Position numbers and translations under genes: made by a program. This document shows, piece after piece, positions 34,605 through 48,200 of a stretch of 64,000 bases of DNA. Numbering within the stretch: position 1 is the first letter of the stretch; each line of letters opens with the position of its first letter. This DNA is from Vicugna vicugna (Eukaryota): contig MU058289.1 of assembly GCA_013265495.1 (NCBI GenBank), positions 2,417,451 through 2,481,450 of the forward strand. Direction: 5' to 3'. The notes beneath the pieces are model-generated. The model ran no database searches and was not told the DNA's origin. It saw only the letters and a list, made by a program, of their open reading frames with translations.

Positions 34605-36241
34605 CTGGAAAAGAAAACAAGAGAAGGAACGTTAAACACAAACTGAAAAACCAGACAGCTTGGTTAGGGCCAAGAATGCCAGGCCTCTCCCTGTGCCTAA
34701 GTGCCACAAAATACAGAGAGGATGACCACACACCATGAAAGAAAGAACCATTTAATCTGCATTCTTAAAATTCTGTTCCCCTCAAAACACACATAGAGAC
34801 TCACTCACATCTCATATTAAGACCCATTTATAAAAAAAAAGCAAGTTCTAGTCCTGGTTTCACTCACCTATCTCATGTATACCTTTGGGAAGGTATACGT
34901 GAAAAAAAAAAAAAAGAGAAAAAAAAAAACCAAAGAGCATGTTTGCTCCAGGACCAAAAGCACCCAAGCTGTCAGTCTGCAGTCTCAGCTTTGTGCACAC
35001 AAGAATGTTCATGGCGCCTCCATTCATCAGGTAGGGCTGGGTCAACTGGCTCTAGACCCTTGCCCTACGGCCCCAGAGTGGAAAAACAAATGCCTCCAAC
35101 TACAGAATAAATGAATACTCTGTGGTGTATCCCACAAAGGAATTCTCCACAGCAATGAGGAGGAACCAGGGGCTGCTGCTATGACAGTACGGAGGAATCT
35201 CACAAGCCAGATGCAGCAGAGTTCATGGTATATGGTTCCTTTAAATAAATCCCAAACACAGGCAAGAATAATCAGCGGTGAGGGAAGCCAGAGAGTGGTT
35301 GCCTCTGGGGGTGGAGGTGGGGGTAGGGATGGTAAGTGGGAGGAGGCTTCTGGGGTGCTGGTTTATTCCTTGATCTAGTATATTCAGGTAGCGAGACTGC
35401 ATGGGGCCATGAACTTACGATGGGAGTGCACTAAGAGTGTGCCAACTGTATGTCTCCACGTCTATGAAACTCTAGAATGGGCAAAGCTAAATTATAGGGA
35501 CAAGATGCAGACCAGTGTCTCCTGGGGAGGGGCTGGAGGGGGCAGGCTGCAGTTTCAACCAGAACCAGGTTGTACTGTCACTGAAACAAAGCAGCAGGGG
35601 CCCTGGCCAAGAGTGAGATCCCGGCCAGGTGCTTCTGTTCAACAAAGACCATTAAAAACCATACGACAGGTAATAGGCTAAAACACAAAAGATAAATGTA
35701 CAGAATTATTATTGTTTTAATTCTTAAAAATCAGTAAAACAGTACCTAAAAACCAGTGAAACAGCCTCACAGAAAACAAGACATGTGCAAAGGACATGAG
35801 CACATTATTCACAAAAAAAGCCCCTGGCAAAGGCTGAGACACACAGGCCACTCAGCCTCATTCCTGACCCGGAAAACACCACGAAGACGAGATGCCATCT
35901 TCACCTGTCACGCTGACAAACATCTCTGTACTGTGTGCAACTGATAATAAGGTGCTTTCAGAATTTTTGTTTGTTTAGAGTTTCTTTTTTCTTTTTTTTC
36001 CCCTTAATGGAGGCATTAGGGATGGAACCCAGTACCTTGTGCATATCGAGCACACACTCTAGCACTGAGCTATAACCCCCATTCCCTTTCATAATTTAAA
36101 TGGATATACCCATCTTGGGAAACAATTTGGTAGTGTTTATTCATTCTAAATGTTCATTCCCTACAGGTTTATGCTACATAAAATTGTATTATTTATAACT
36201 AAAATGTGAAACAAAATGTGTATGTACCTATATGTGTGTGT

Positions 36242-36282
<41 letters not shown>

Positions 36283-39200
36283 TGTGGTTGGGCAAAAAAA
36301 TCTTGAAAGTTACAAAGCAACTGATGCCAGAGGTTACTGTGGAGAGAAGAGGGGTCTGGGGAACTGGTCAAGGGCCACTTTCAGCTTTGTCTGTAAGATT
36401 TGATTTTTCACAGTAATATATTTACGTATTACTTATGCAATCTAAAGTTAACTTTTAAAGAAGCTGAGTTAATACACAAATGTATCATTTCTGACATTTG
36501 TCTCTAAGCAAACACATCAAGATTTCAGGGAGCCTCTGAGAGGTTTCTGAAAGCCCGCTGTCTCCCGTCACCTACCGTCTCAGCAGCTCCTGGGGTGACA
36601 GGTCTGCAGTCCCTTCCCCCTCACTCTCGCTGTCACTGCTGTCCGTGCTCTCGGAACTACTGCTTTTCTCTGACTTTTTGCTCTTTTGCTTGCCTTTGTG
36701 TTTGTGCTTCCGGTGTTTCTTTTTCTGAAAATAAATGAATAAATACACAAATAAATAAAAGGAACGAATGGGTGGTTCCCTCCCTAATTCAGCACAATGA
36801 CAAGCTAATGAGGCATTTGGTGACGGGAGTCATTCCAAAACAAAAACAGAGAAGCCCACTGGGGGGAGCTTTAGCCTGGCATGGGACAGACCAGGACACA
36901 CAGTGTCCACTGTGCCCACGCTCACAGAACTCATCCTCCAGCGACAGACACAGCAGAACCAAGCAGGCGTAGGCAGGACCCCACCGGGACACCTCATCCA
37001 GGGTGACCCTGCCACCTCCCACGAATCTGCTTGCTCCCTTTTGTTGCGCATGTATGATAAACCACATATGAGGATGGCCAGCCCCTTGGAAAAGCACAAG
37101 GAAGAAACTGGTAAAAGGTCAGAGAACAGCACACATGCTGGTGAGAAACAAATGAGTGTGGTTTTCAAGCCTGTCAGCACTGGTTTTCTCCCTTTCACTG
37201 CAGGAGAACTTCCCTCATCTTCCATGCCCAAGAATCCTTTTTTCTGGTAGCCAAAAATGGAGCTGTTTCTAATCAACTCTACTGGGTTCCCAGCACTAAC
37301 ATTCACCGAATTAAAAGCCGGTGCCATAGAAGAAGACATGGATGTGGAGATAAGGGATGGCAACAGTGTCCCTCAAGCGTCCATCACTTTGAATGGCAAG
37401 TTACGGACCCAAATCTCTATTTGTAATGGTGCCAAAGTAGATGAGAAATGTTCAAACTAATACCTTCATTTAATACTGAATGATAATCAATACTGTTTTA
37501 TTATTTAATAACCATTACTCTAAAATATTTAAATGTCCTTTTTTCCTACTTTTTAATGTTCACAAAGAAATGTTTAAAGAACAACTGAATAAATTAAAAT
37601 ATTCTGTCTGAAAGAAGGTGGTTTTTCTGAAAATCGAGGGGTTTACATTGAATATCAACATTTCTGTCAAGGTGTAGAGAGACCTGTGTGTCCCATCCTG
37701 GCCACGAGATACTCTTCCACTGGCTTCGTGAGCCACTCCTGGGGGCTTGTCTGGATGACAGAAGCAGGGGCGGCGGACCCCACACACTGATCCCTGCACT
37801 CCCAGAAGTTACTCACCTTCTCTTTCTTCCGTCTGTGCTCTTTCTTGGTCTTGCGTTTTTCTTTGTTCTTTTTATGTTTCTCTTTTTGGGGTACCTCAGG
37901 TTTCTGGCGAGCATCTGAAACACAAATGTAATCAAGACGTGAACTAGAGACCACAGGGGAAAAGAAAGGCTAAGTTACTGAAACAGGAATCTGACGTTTA
38001 CCATTAAAGCAGAACTCCTGCTCTGCCTCACTGATCAACAAGCAGATTAGCATTGTCACTGTGCAGCTCTATATTTAGAAACTGCCAGAAATCTCAGCCT
38101 AAGACCTGTGTGATCCAACTGGTATCTGGTCAAAATCTTATCTGTCAGATGAAGATAGAGCCAGAGCAGAATGCCTACAAGCCTTTTGAAATTTAACATC
38201 CTCAGGTAAACGCAGAGACAGACCAGGACTGTCACCAGCTCTGTGATCTTTAGCATGCAGCTAACCCTCTCCACATCTGCTTTCCCATCTAAAAAATGGG
38301 GACAGAGAGAATCCCTATCCTCTTAGGGACCCAGAGAGGATGAGCTGGGACTCTACACATGAATCCCACAGCCCAGAATCTGGCACAGAAATATCAGCTC
38401 CTCTCACACCATCCTCTCTTTACACAAGTACATTTTACATGAATTTTCCTTATAAGTGGAAACACTAAAAATACTAGCATCAAAACAACATACTGTAGGT
38501 AATTCTTAAAAATGACTAAGCAAGTTGCATGTGTCTAAATTCTCTACCTCCAAATTCTGACCAAGACATTTTCACAGGTCATTAATTTCCAGGTAGTCAA
38601 ACCAGCAAAAAAAAGTCATTTATAGTAGAAATAGTGTTAAATCCTTAAATCAACTTTTTTCTACCTAAAGAAAAATTCCAAGGTTTTCGGAAGTGTGGAT
38701 TATTTTCCAAACCCAGTTAACAGATGATTGCAATTTTCTAGCCCTATTGTTTGGTCAGATATTTCAAAATTTGACCCTCCTCAAAGTTGGTTTTGTTTTT
38801 TTTAAGTGCTTGTTTTTGGGAAACCATTTCCCCTTAATAACCTATAGACAAAATTAAGTTATTAACTATTACAAAGGTATCGAGGACAGTCTGGGAAACG
38901 GGCATATATAACAGCTTTCAAGTGCTGACACACTTATTTTAAACTAAAGGTCTAAAGCAAATGAGAAACACATTCACCGTAAGTTTTCAAAACTTACTAC
39001 TTTTTACTCTTCTCTGCTTTTTATCCATCTCTTTGAAGGTTGGGCTAATTAACCAAACCAATATTTATATGTGGTCACTATGGGAAATATTAGAGTAGAT
39101 AAGAGAATTTTATGTCATTTATATATCTGGGCCATGTTATTAGATATTTGTTAACTCAGCTTTCAAAGAGATGATAAACCAGTCTAAATGTTTTAACATG

Positions 39201-42200
39201 AAATGACAATTTAAACTGGCACTGAACGATATGTTACCTGAAAAAATATAAAACATATTATGAAAGGAAAAAAGTTATTAACAGATATTGGGGGAGGAGG
39301 ATGAGCTGTATTTACTTCTGAAACGATTAGTTTTATTTTATTTGCTACATGAGCCGAAGTATAGGAAAGTCTCAGGATAGCCTTCTCCCTACAATTCCTG
39401 CCCCATCTTTGTGTCTTAGATTTTTACTTTTTTATTTCTGTAAGTGACAAAATCTGAGATACTCAGGACCCTATCTGTTAAAAAGAAAAAAAAAATTAAA
39501 GGTCTCTCAGGCTGTAAAGCAACAATTATCATTTAGGTATGAGGTGGAAGCAATGATTTTTCAAATGTGTCTGAGAACAGGTAAGCTAGGATATATTTGG
39601 TCGGCCTCGTGTTGGATTATGTCTGTGGACAGAATGACCCGGTTCGGGCTGTCTTATCTCGGAGGAGACTGGTGCCCACACAAACGGACGACGCAAGGAG
39701 CTCTGGACTCACTGGGGCAGAAGACGGGAGGCAGCCGCGGGCCGAACTCTTCTGCGTCGACCTGCATCTTCTGAATCGGGAAGAAAGGCGCGGGCTCCTG
39801 GGGAGCTGGCTCACTAGCTGAAAGACACCAGGGTATTGATTTTATCTATGTGCCAGACGTGAATGTGTTGGAGTCTTCAGTTAATGTCTGTGGCCACCAG
39901 ATAGCACGTGCTTTTCTTCACCATTTTGCTTAACTAGCTCACGACCTGACTGCCAATCTCAGAGACATCTGAGCTGGGAAGTCAGTCACATAAGGGCACC
40001 GGGGACTGTCCCCCGGGGTGGCACACACTCCGCATCACCTGAGGCCTAAAAGGTTGAAAAGCATCCTCGAGGAAGGGCGTCTGAAGAGAATACAGACTTA
40101 CAAACAAACAGGATTTAAGACTATGTCCTAGCTCAGAAGGCTTCATTTCACTCAAAATGAATTATCAAAGAGGAAAAAAATAGAATATATGTAAACAAAT
40201 GATTATATTCACATTAATAATCTCCTTTTTTAAAATAAATGATTAGGTCTTCAGATAGAAGAGATAAAGATAAAGAAAGTCTGGGAAAATATGCACTAAA
40301 AGCATTAACGGTGGTTATCTCTGGGAGTGGGATTCAGAAAGACTTGAGTTTTCTATATTTCTGTATTTTTAAACTTTTCAAGTAATTATATGACTTTGTA
40401 ATGAAAAAACAGGTTGTGTTTTTTCCCCCATGGAGAACAGAAATAGGCTGATATTTGCCATCACTGAAAAACAAACAATACTTTATACATCTATGTAAGG
40501 CCCGTTAAAGTTATAGCCGAGTCCACCACTGACCACTGACTAACAGGGGCAGGCAGAACATTCTAAGACTGAGATGGGAAATTCTGTCCTCCCACCCAAG
40601 TATCTGAAAAGTCTCCCACCCTTGCAAGCTCCAGACCGCCTCTCCTTTCCTTGTGCCAAAACTCCTGGCTGGGGTAAATAGAACAAGTGGGACAGGCTAC
40701 TAACCAAGCGTTAGGGTCACTGTAAGGACAGACTCCATCTACCAAGCGCTACTTAGGTGCCAGGCAATGCCCATCTCACAGCTGATTCAGAGCATGCAAT
40801 GTGCCCTCCAAGCGGAAGGCAGGAAGCACCCTGTACACCTCATGACCAAGTGTTTTCCACTCACCGTGGTACCTCATCAACAACCAGGTTTAAAAAAAAA
40901 AGTTAGTTTTTAATGAAGTTTTCACTATTTTAAAATTCTTCTCAACTAGGATAAGTAGGAAAATCAATATTATCAAACACAGCTATCCTAAAAATATACC
41001 AGGGATTTATGCCAGATAGAAAAAAAAAAAAAAAGAACTCTGCTCCACTCTAATTAAAAATACAAAAGATTATAAATCAGACAACATTTTTTTGGATCTG
41101 TCTACTACAGCAAAGGAAACAAAATCAAAATAAACAAATGAGACCTAATTAAACTAAAAAGGTTTTGCACGGCAAATGAAACCATCAACATAATGAAAAG
41201 ACAACTCAATAGGAAGAAAAATTTGCAAGTCATATGACTAATAAGGGGTTCATATCCAAAATACATAAATAGCACACACAACTCAATATCAAAAAAAAAA
41301 ACAAAAACCCTATTAAAAAATAGGCAGAAGACCTAAATAGACATTTTTCAAAGACTTTCCGATGGCCAACAGGCATATGAAAAGATGCTCAACATCGCTA
41401 TCCGCAGAGGAATACAAATCAAAACCACAGTGAGATATCACCTCACTTCCGTCAGAAGTGCTATCATCAAAGAGACCACAAATAACAAATGTGGGCGAGG
41501 ATGGAGAGAAAAGGGAACCCTTATACACTGTTGGTGGGAATGTAAATTGGTGCAGCCACTATGCGAAACAGTATGGAAGTTCCTCAAAAAACTAAAAATA
41601 AAACTAACATATGATCCAACAATCCAGTTCCAGCAATCTGTTTTTTTTCCAGAAAAAAAAACCCCCAAACCCCCTCTAATTCAAAAAGACACACAAGGGG
41701 GTAGGAGAGTATAGTTCAGTGGTACAGTGCCTGCTTAGCATGTACAAAGTCCTGGGTTCAATCCCTGGTACCTCCACTAAAAACAATAACTAAGTAAACC
41801 TAATTACCTCTCCCCCCAAATAAAAATTAATTACTTACTTAATCAATCAATTAACAAAAAAGAAAAAATACATGCACCCCAATGTTCACAGCAGCATTAT
41901 TTACAATAGCCAAGATATGGAAGCAACCTAGGTGTCCATCAACAGATAAATGGATAAAGAAGATATAAAATGGAATGGAATTAACTTAGCCATAAAAATG
42001 AATGAAATTTTGCCATCTGCAACAACATGGATGGACTTGGAGGGTATTATGCATACAGAAATAAGTCAGAGAGAGAAAGACAAATATTGTATGTTGTCAC
42101 ATATACAGAATCTAAAAAATAAAACAAATGAATGAACACAACAAAAGAGAAACAGACTCACAGATATAGAAAACAAACTAGTGGTCACCAGTGGGGAGAG

Positions 42201-45200
42201 AGAAGCAGGGAGGGGCAAGAGAGGGGTAAAGATTAAGGGGTATAAACTATTATGTGTAAAATAAATCAGCTGTAAAGCACAGGGAATATAGCCAATATTT
42301 CATAACAACTTTAAATGGTGTATAATATATAAAAATTTTGGATCACTATGTTGTACACCTGAAACTACTATAATATTGTAAATCAACTATACATAAATAA
42401 AACTTTACTAAATTAAAAAAATACAAAAGATTAAAGCATCATCAATTGCTAATTATCCTGGTTTAAAGTTACGCATTAAAGGAAGCAGCAGCTTCTCTAG
42501 AGACATCATTGTTTTCTTTTTTAGATCCCAAAGTCTGAAATATATGACGTACCTTGTGCCACAGGTGATGTCTCCACCAAGTCAGTCTCTTGGGAATTTT
42601 GGAAGTCGGCCTCCCTGGTACCCTCCTGATCATCCTCACTGTCGCCTTGCTCATCCTCAGAAGACGAAGACTTTTCATCTGAGGAGCTGGCAAAGATGGC
42701 TTTGAATAAGTCCATGGATGGGCGGCTGCCTTCTCCTTCAGTCTGTGAATCCAAGCCTTTGTTTACCACCTGTATTAACAGTGAAATAAGAGTCAGGAGT
42801 GAAGAAGCAAGGGTGAAAGGAGCCAAATGTTCTAGAACATGGCATGCACACAGACACGCTTGCACATGTACTTATGTGTATGCTCATGTACATGGGTCTC
42901 CACACCCACACGCTGCCTCACTAAACACTGATCACTAGCATGGCATTTGATTTTGTGGCATTTCTGATTCAACAACTGTAGACCATGCTGACTCTTAGAA
43001 GGGGCTGAATTGACACAACATTGTAAAATGACTATAACTCAATAAAAAAAAAAAAAGAAAAAGTAGAAGAAGGAGCTGAAGCCTCTCATGGAGGTAGGTC
43101 ATTAATCCAGAAAAATGCAGTAGGGACTAGCACAGAGCTTCTGTCCTGTTTTCAGAAGCTTGTCTGATGATAACATCATTATCAAACAGCTAAAAACCAG
43201 AGACGAGGTGAAAATCTTCCAGGGAAGTCACGTCATTACAAGGCGAGGAACAACAGTGAGAATGACTGTAGGTTTCTCGTCAGGAACCATGAGGCCAGAA
43301 GGAAGCGGCACAACATTGTTAAAGAACTAAAAAACTGACCCAGAATTCTAAACCCAGCAAAAACATCCTTCAGGGATGAAGATGAAATACAAGACACGCT
43401 CAGATGAAGGAAAATTGTGAGACTTCTTTGTTAAAACTGCTCTAAAAGAGAGTGCTAAAATTGACACAACATTGTAAAATGACTATAACTCAATAAAAAA
43501 AAAAAAGAAAAAGTAGAAGAAGGAGCTGAAGCCTCTCATGGAGGTAGGTCATTAATCCAGAAAAATGCAGTAGGGACTAGCACAGAGCTTCTGTCCTGTT
43601 TTCAGAAGCTTGTCTGATGATAACATCATTATCAAACAGCTAAAAACCAGAGACGAGGTGAAAATCTTCCAGGGAAGTCACGTCATTACAAGGCGAGGAA
43701 CAACAGTGAGAATGACTGTAGGTTTCTCGTCAGGAACCATGAGGCCAGAAGGAAGCGGCACAACATTGTTAAAGAACTAAAAAACTGACCCAGAATTCTA
43801 AACCCAGCAAAAACATCCTTCAGGGATGAAGATGAAATACAAGACACGCTCAGATGAAGGAAAATTGTGAGACTTCTTTGTTAAAACTGCTCTAAAAGAG
43901 AGTGCTAAAGGAAGTTCCTCAGACAGAAGGAAATGACAGGAGAGGGAAACGTGGGACTTCAGGAGTGACAGCAGAAATGATCAAAAGAGGGGGAGGGTAG
44001 ATAGCTCAAGTGGTAGAGCACATGCTTAGCAGGTACAAGGTCCTGGGTTCAATTCCTGGTACCTCCTCAAAAAATAAATAAAGAGATAAATAAAGAGACC
44101 TAATTACCTCCCCCACCAAAAAAAATTTAAAAAATTAAGAAATGGTCAAAAGAACAATAGAAATGGTATATATCCAAGCAAATCAGAGTATTATCTCCTC
44201 ATCAGTTCTCTAAAATATATGTAACAATTGAAAGCCAAAAAAAAAAAAAAAACCAATTGAAAGCAAAAATTAAAATACTGTCTGATGAGGTTTTCGGTGT
44301 ACATATATATGTGACATATAAGACAACAACATACAGCAGGCAGAGTAAAGGGATGGTAAAGACTGTACATTCCACCTGAAGTGGTAAAATATCAATTCTA
44401 AACATACGGTGAAAGGGTTAAGTATGTGTATTGTAATCCCCACAGCAATCACTAAAAATACAGAGTGAAAAATGTAAATGATAAATTAAAATGGAATACT
44501 AAAAATTATTCAAGTAATACAAAAGAAGATGGGAAAGGAGAAAGAGAGGAACAAAAAAGAGAGGGGACAGAAAACATAATAAAACTGTAGACCAAAATCC
44601 AAATATATCAACAAATTACATTAAATGCAACAGTCAAAACACACAAATTAGAACACACAGATTATTTTTTTCATATTGCCTGTGGTTCCTTTCACACTCA
44701 ACCGCAAAGCTAAAGAGTTGTGACATGGTATGGTGCACAAAGCCTAAAATATTTAATATCTGGCCTCTCACAGGAAAAGTCTGCTGATCACTGCTACGGA
44801 ATTACAACAAAGCATCACCACAGAGAAAGGCAAAGGCTACAGTCAGCCTGGCAAAGAGAATCTGAAAGCCCCCAGTACCTTATTTGGGAGGGATTCCGTC
44901 ACGTGCTCTTCCTCTTTGTTTCCTGGTGGACCGGACTCTTGTTTAGGCGGACCAACTTTTGATCTAGCCAAACTTAAAAATTCACTAATGGAATCTTCCT
45001 TCTTTTCTTGTTTAGATGTATCCCACCTGGATGGTTTTCTTGATTCTGAAAGGTAAAGACATAGACCTACCATCAGAATTAGGAAGCAAAAGGCAAGCTC
45101 TGCATTTTGGCTCTTTAATTCATTCTAAGAACGTCAGCGAACCTCCTATGGGCCAGGCACTGTGCAAGGTGTTGGGAACGTGGCAGATGCTAAAGCAGAA

Positions 45201-48200
45201 TTCCAACCCCTAAAAGTGTACCTGTGGACCATTTCAGCATGAGCTCATGTATTCACATGAACAGCTCTCTGAAAGGAGGGGAAGTTCACATTATGTGTAC
45301 CCTTAGGACTAGATGATCCTTTACTTCGGTCTTCCCGACAGGCTAGGGGTTGAGACCGCAGTCGGCACTCAGACCTGGGGAAGCCCTACTCACTGTCGGA
45401 ACCTTGGCGCTGCGGAACTTTTTCACTTGATGCTTGAGCTGCAGGTGAGGAAGCTGTCTCTGGGATCGTCAGAAAGTTGAAGACCGAGTATTTGTCACGT
45501 TTCACTCTCGGTAAGCCAACTAAAGTTGAACTAGGGGTAGAAGAGAAAGCAAATACATAATTTTTTTTTCATGCAACTATTTATTTCTGATGACAAGACT
45601 CTCATCTAAAGTTTTTCTCTTGCCTGATCATTTCACCTGTGGCTGAAGAGTTTTAAAGAAACTTTTGCTCTTGTTAAGGAAATAAGAATCCAAATTCAGT
45701 GACTGAAAACAAATACATAATTTTAATAACTGTAAGGATAAAATCCAATTCCTATAAAGCTGTCCATCTCCTATTTTTCACCAGTAGCTCTTCTACTTGG
45801 CCAAAAAGGTCCCTTAAAATATTTTTGCTTCTCTAAGGAAAAAAAAAAATTTTGCTTCTCAAAGCAATTTAAGAATTTGTAATGTCTGACTTCAGGAGCT
45901 ATGAGTTTTTTCTGATGATAGGAAGAGCTAGAATGTAACTCTGAAAATGGATTTTCCTGTGAAGGAAAAGTTCCACTGCTAAAAATATACCTCAATTTTC
46001 TGACAAAGTCTCTGATTCAACTGTATATGCTTTCTTGCAGTATTTATAATCCAATAAGGAGGGGTTGAACTCGTATAAAGCATCAGAAAACATAAATCTC
46101 ACTTTAAATTTAGACTCTATGTGCATCGTTAAAAAGGTGGCAAATTAGACAGGCATTGAGTTTTTGTAACTTGACGTATCTGAGTTTCATTATCTTCAAT
46201 ATGGAATGAAGTTTGCAACTGGGTGTCTGGTTATTTTTTTTTTTAGTAATAAATTAATAGAAGTTAAAGCTGCCAAGTTTGCCGCTGTGAGCATTTACAA
46301 GTAAGTTCGTCGAGAAAAAGGCAATTTAAATGAGTATGTAGGGGGAAAGTTGGCTTTAGTATGATATAACGGCAGGTTTATCCAACTTACTCTGGATAAG
46401 GGTCAGGGACATTAAACCTCTTACACAGAAGCTTGTCAGGGTGCCACTCAAACGTGTCTCGGGTAAGCTTCCCAAACATCTTCATCTTCACAGCTGACTG
46501 CTTGTCATTGACATCATTCTGGGGAAAGACAGTGATGTGATTCATCAAGTGGTCACACAACTGATCTGTCTACTTTTCCATTTAAAAGTTTTCACACCAT
46601 CTTCCAATATGTCAAAACAGTTAATCCTACATCTTTGCTGAAGTATACTGCAAGCAAAAAGCATAGGGCCATCTCTTATTCTACAGTGCCATGTATATTT
46701 CGATCTTTTCGCTGAGGGAATTAACATATGTGGCTATACGGTATTTTAATTCTAAAATTCACCAGAGAGAGAAGGGTGGCCACAGACCTCTTGGTCCCGA
46801 GGGACTTCCACCTGCTCTGAATCGTCTTCCTCCTTGGCGTGAGTGAACCTGGAGGACAAGGTCGAATGGGAAGATGCATACAGCATGGCTGCCCGGGCAA
46901 ACTCATCCCGCTCGCGGCCTCGCTCCCACTCTGTCATACTGGGATCCAGACAATGTTCCAGAGCATCTATGACAGGAAGCAAGAAACTGCTTCACTCCTA
47001 GGAAGAACAGGGAACTTAAAGGAGACCATCTAGTGGGCACCACTGTATCCCTGCAGATTTCACCAGGGGAAACACAAATCCTTATCCTATTCTTTTTATA
47101 AAGCTTATTATTTTTTCCGATGGAGGTACTGGGGATTGAATCCAGGACCTCATGCACGCTAAGCATGTGCTCTACCCCTGAGCTCTACCCCCAACCCCCT
47201 TACCCTGGTTTTGAAGAGCACAGTGGGGAGGTACTTGGCGGGTAATAATTGCTCTCTCCCTCAAAATGATGCTTTTATTGAATTCTGTCTACTGCACATA
47301 ACAAAGAAAAATATTGGGGCACTAATGCTTGCTTACACCTTCAAAGCAAGTAATTTCATCCCAGACAGTGAAAATTGATCCCAACTATATTCCTAACTTT
47401 GAACAGAAAACACTCCTTTCTCTCTCTTTTTCAAATTTAACAAGTAAACATTAGGGATGCAGATTGTTAGTAGAAAGTTAAGGCACAGTATATAAAGATC
47501 TGCTTTTGAAAATAGACCCCTCTAATTGGCTGACAAGCTCTCACAAGGAGTACTGTGCATAAGAGCAATCTCTTGCCTCAATCTGGCCATATTTACTTCA
47601 TAGATCACAGAGCAACTTTTTCCTCATGTAAGGTTTAACAGCCAACTATCTTTGTAAGTCAAATTTTAGACTGTGATTTAGAGCTAGATGGTTAGGCTCT
47701 TAAGGTGGAGTGGGAAATGGCCTTGTTCTCTTGACTTGAAATGCAACCTTTACACAGAAGTCAAGCATTTGCAAACTAAATGGTCTGTAATCTAGCATTA
47801 GCCGCTGCCAAGGCACGTTCTCTACTTAAACAGCTATCTCTGGGGCCTGAGATACAGAGAAACACAAGCTAATTGTTCTTGCTTTTCTACAGTCAAGAGC
47901 CAGGGCCTGAAATCTTTACACTGTTCACAGCAGGACAGAGTGAAACTTCCAGAGCAGGACACCTTAATTCTAACTCCAGGTCTAGGGCCAGAACAGCAAG
48001 AACACTTCCCCAGTGAGATGTGGGAGGCCCAGGACTAGCACCCACCTCTCTGACCCCGTTTCATATTTACTAAAAAGGCTTCATATCGTTTTTGCTTTTC
48101 TGGATCTTTTGCGAAAGGTTTGAAGTCGCTGGCTCTTGTGGCGGCCGTCCCAGCACTCAACACCATGTGCCAAGAGTGGTGTCCGACATCCGGAGCGGAG

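Noticed and set aside
39811..39819. Alternative acceptor 4 nt inside GPATCH1 exon 17 (cagCTAG)
   Set aside because: It would shift the frame, and the upstream CAG gives the conserved frame; no evidence of use is visible from sequence.
41385..41714. ORFs with L1 ORF1/ORF2-like peptides (also 4049, 25728, 27370, 41950, 57136)
   Set aside because: They are fragments of truncated, frameshifted L1s; no intact autonomous element is present.
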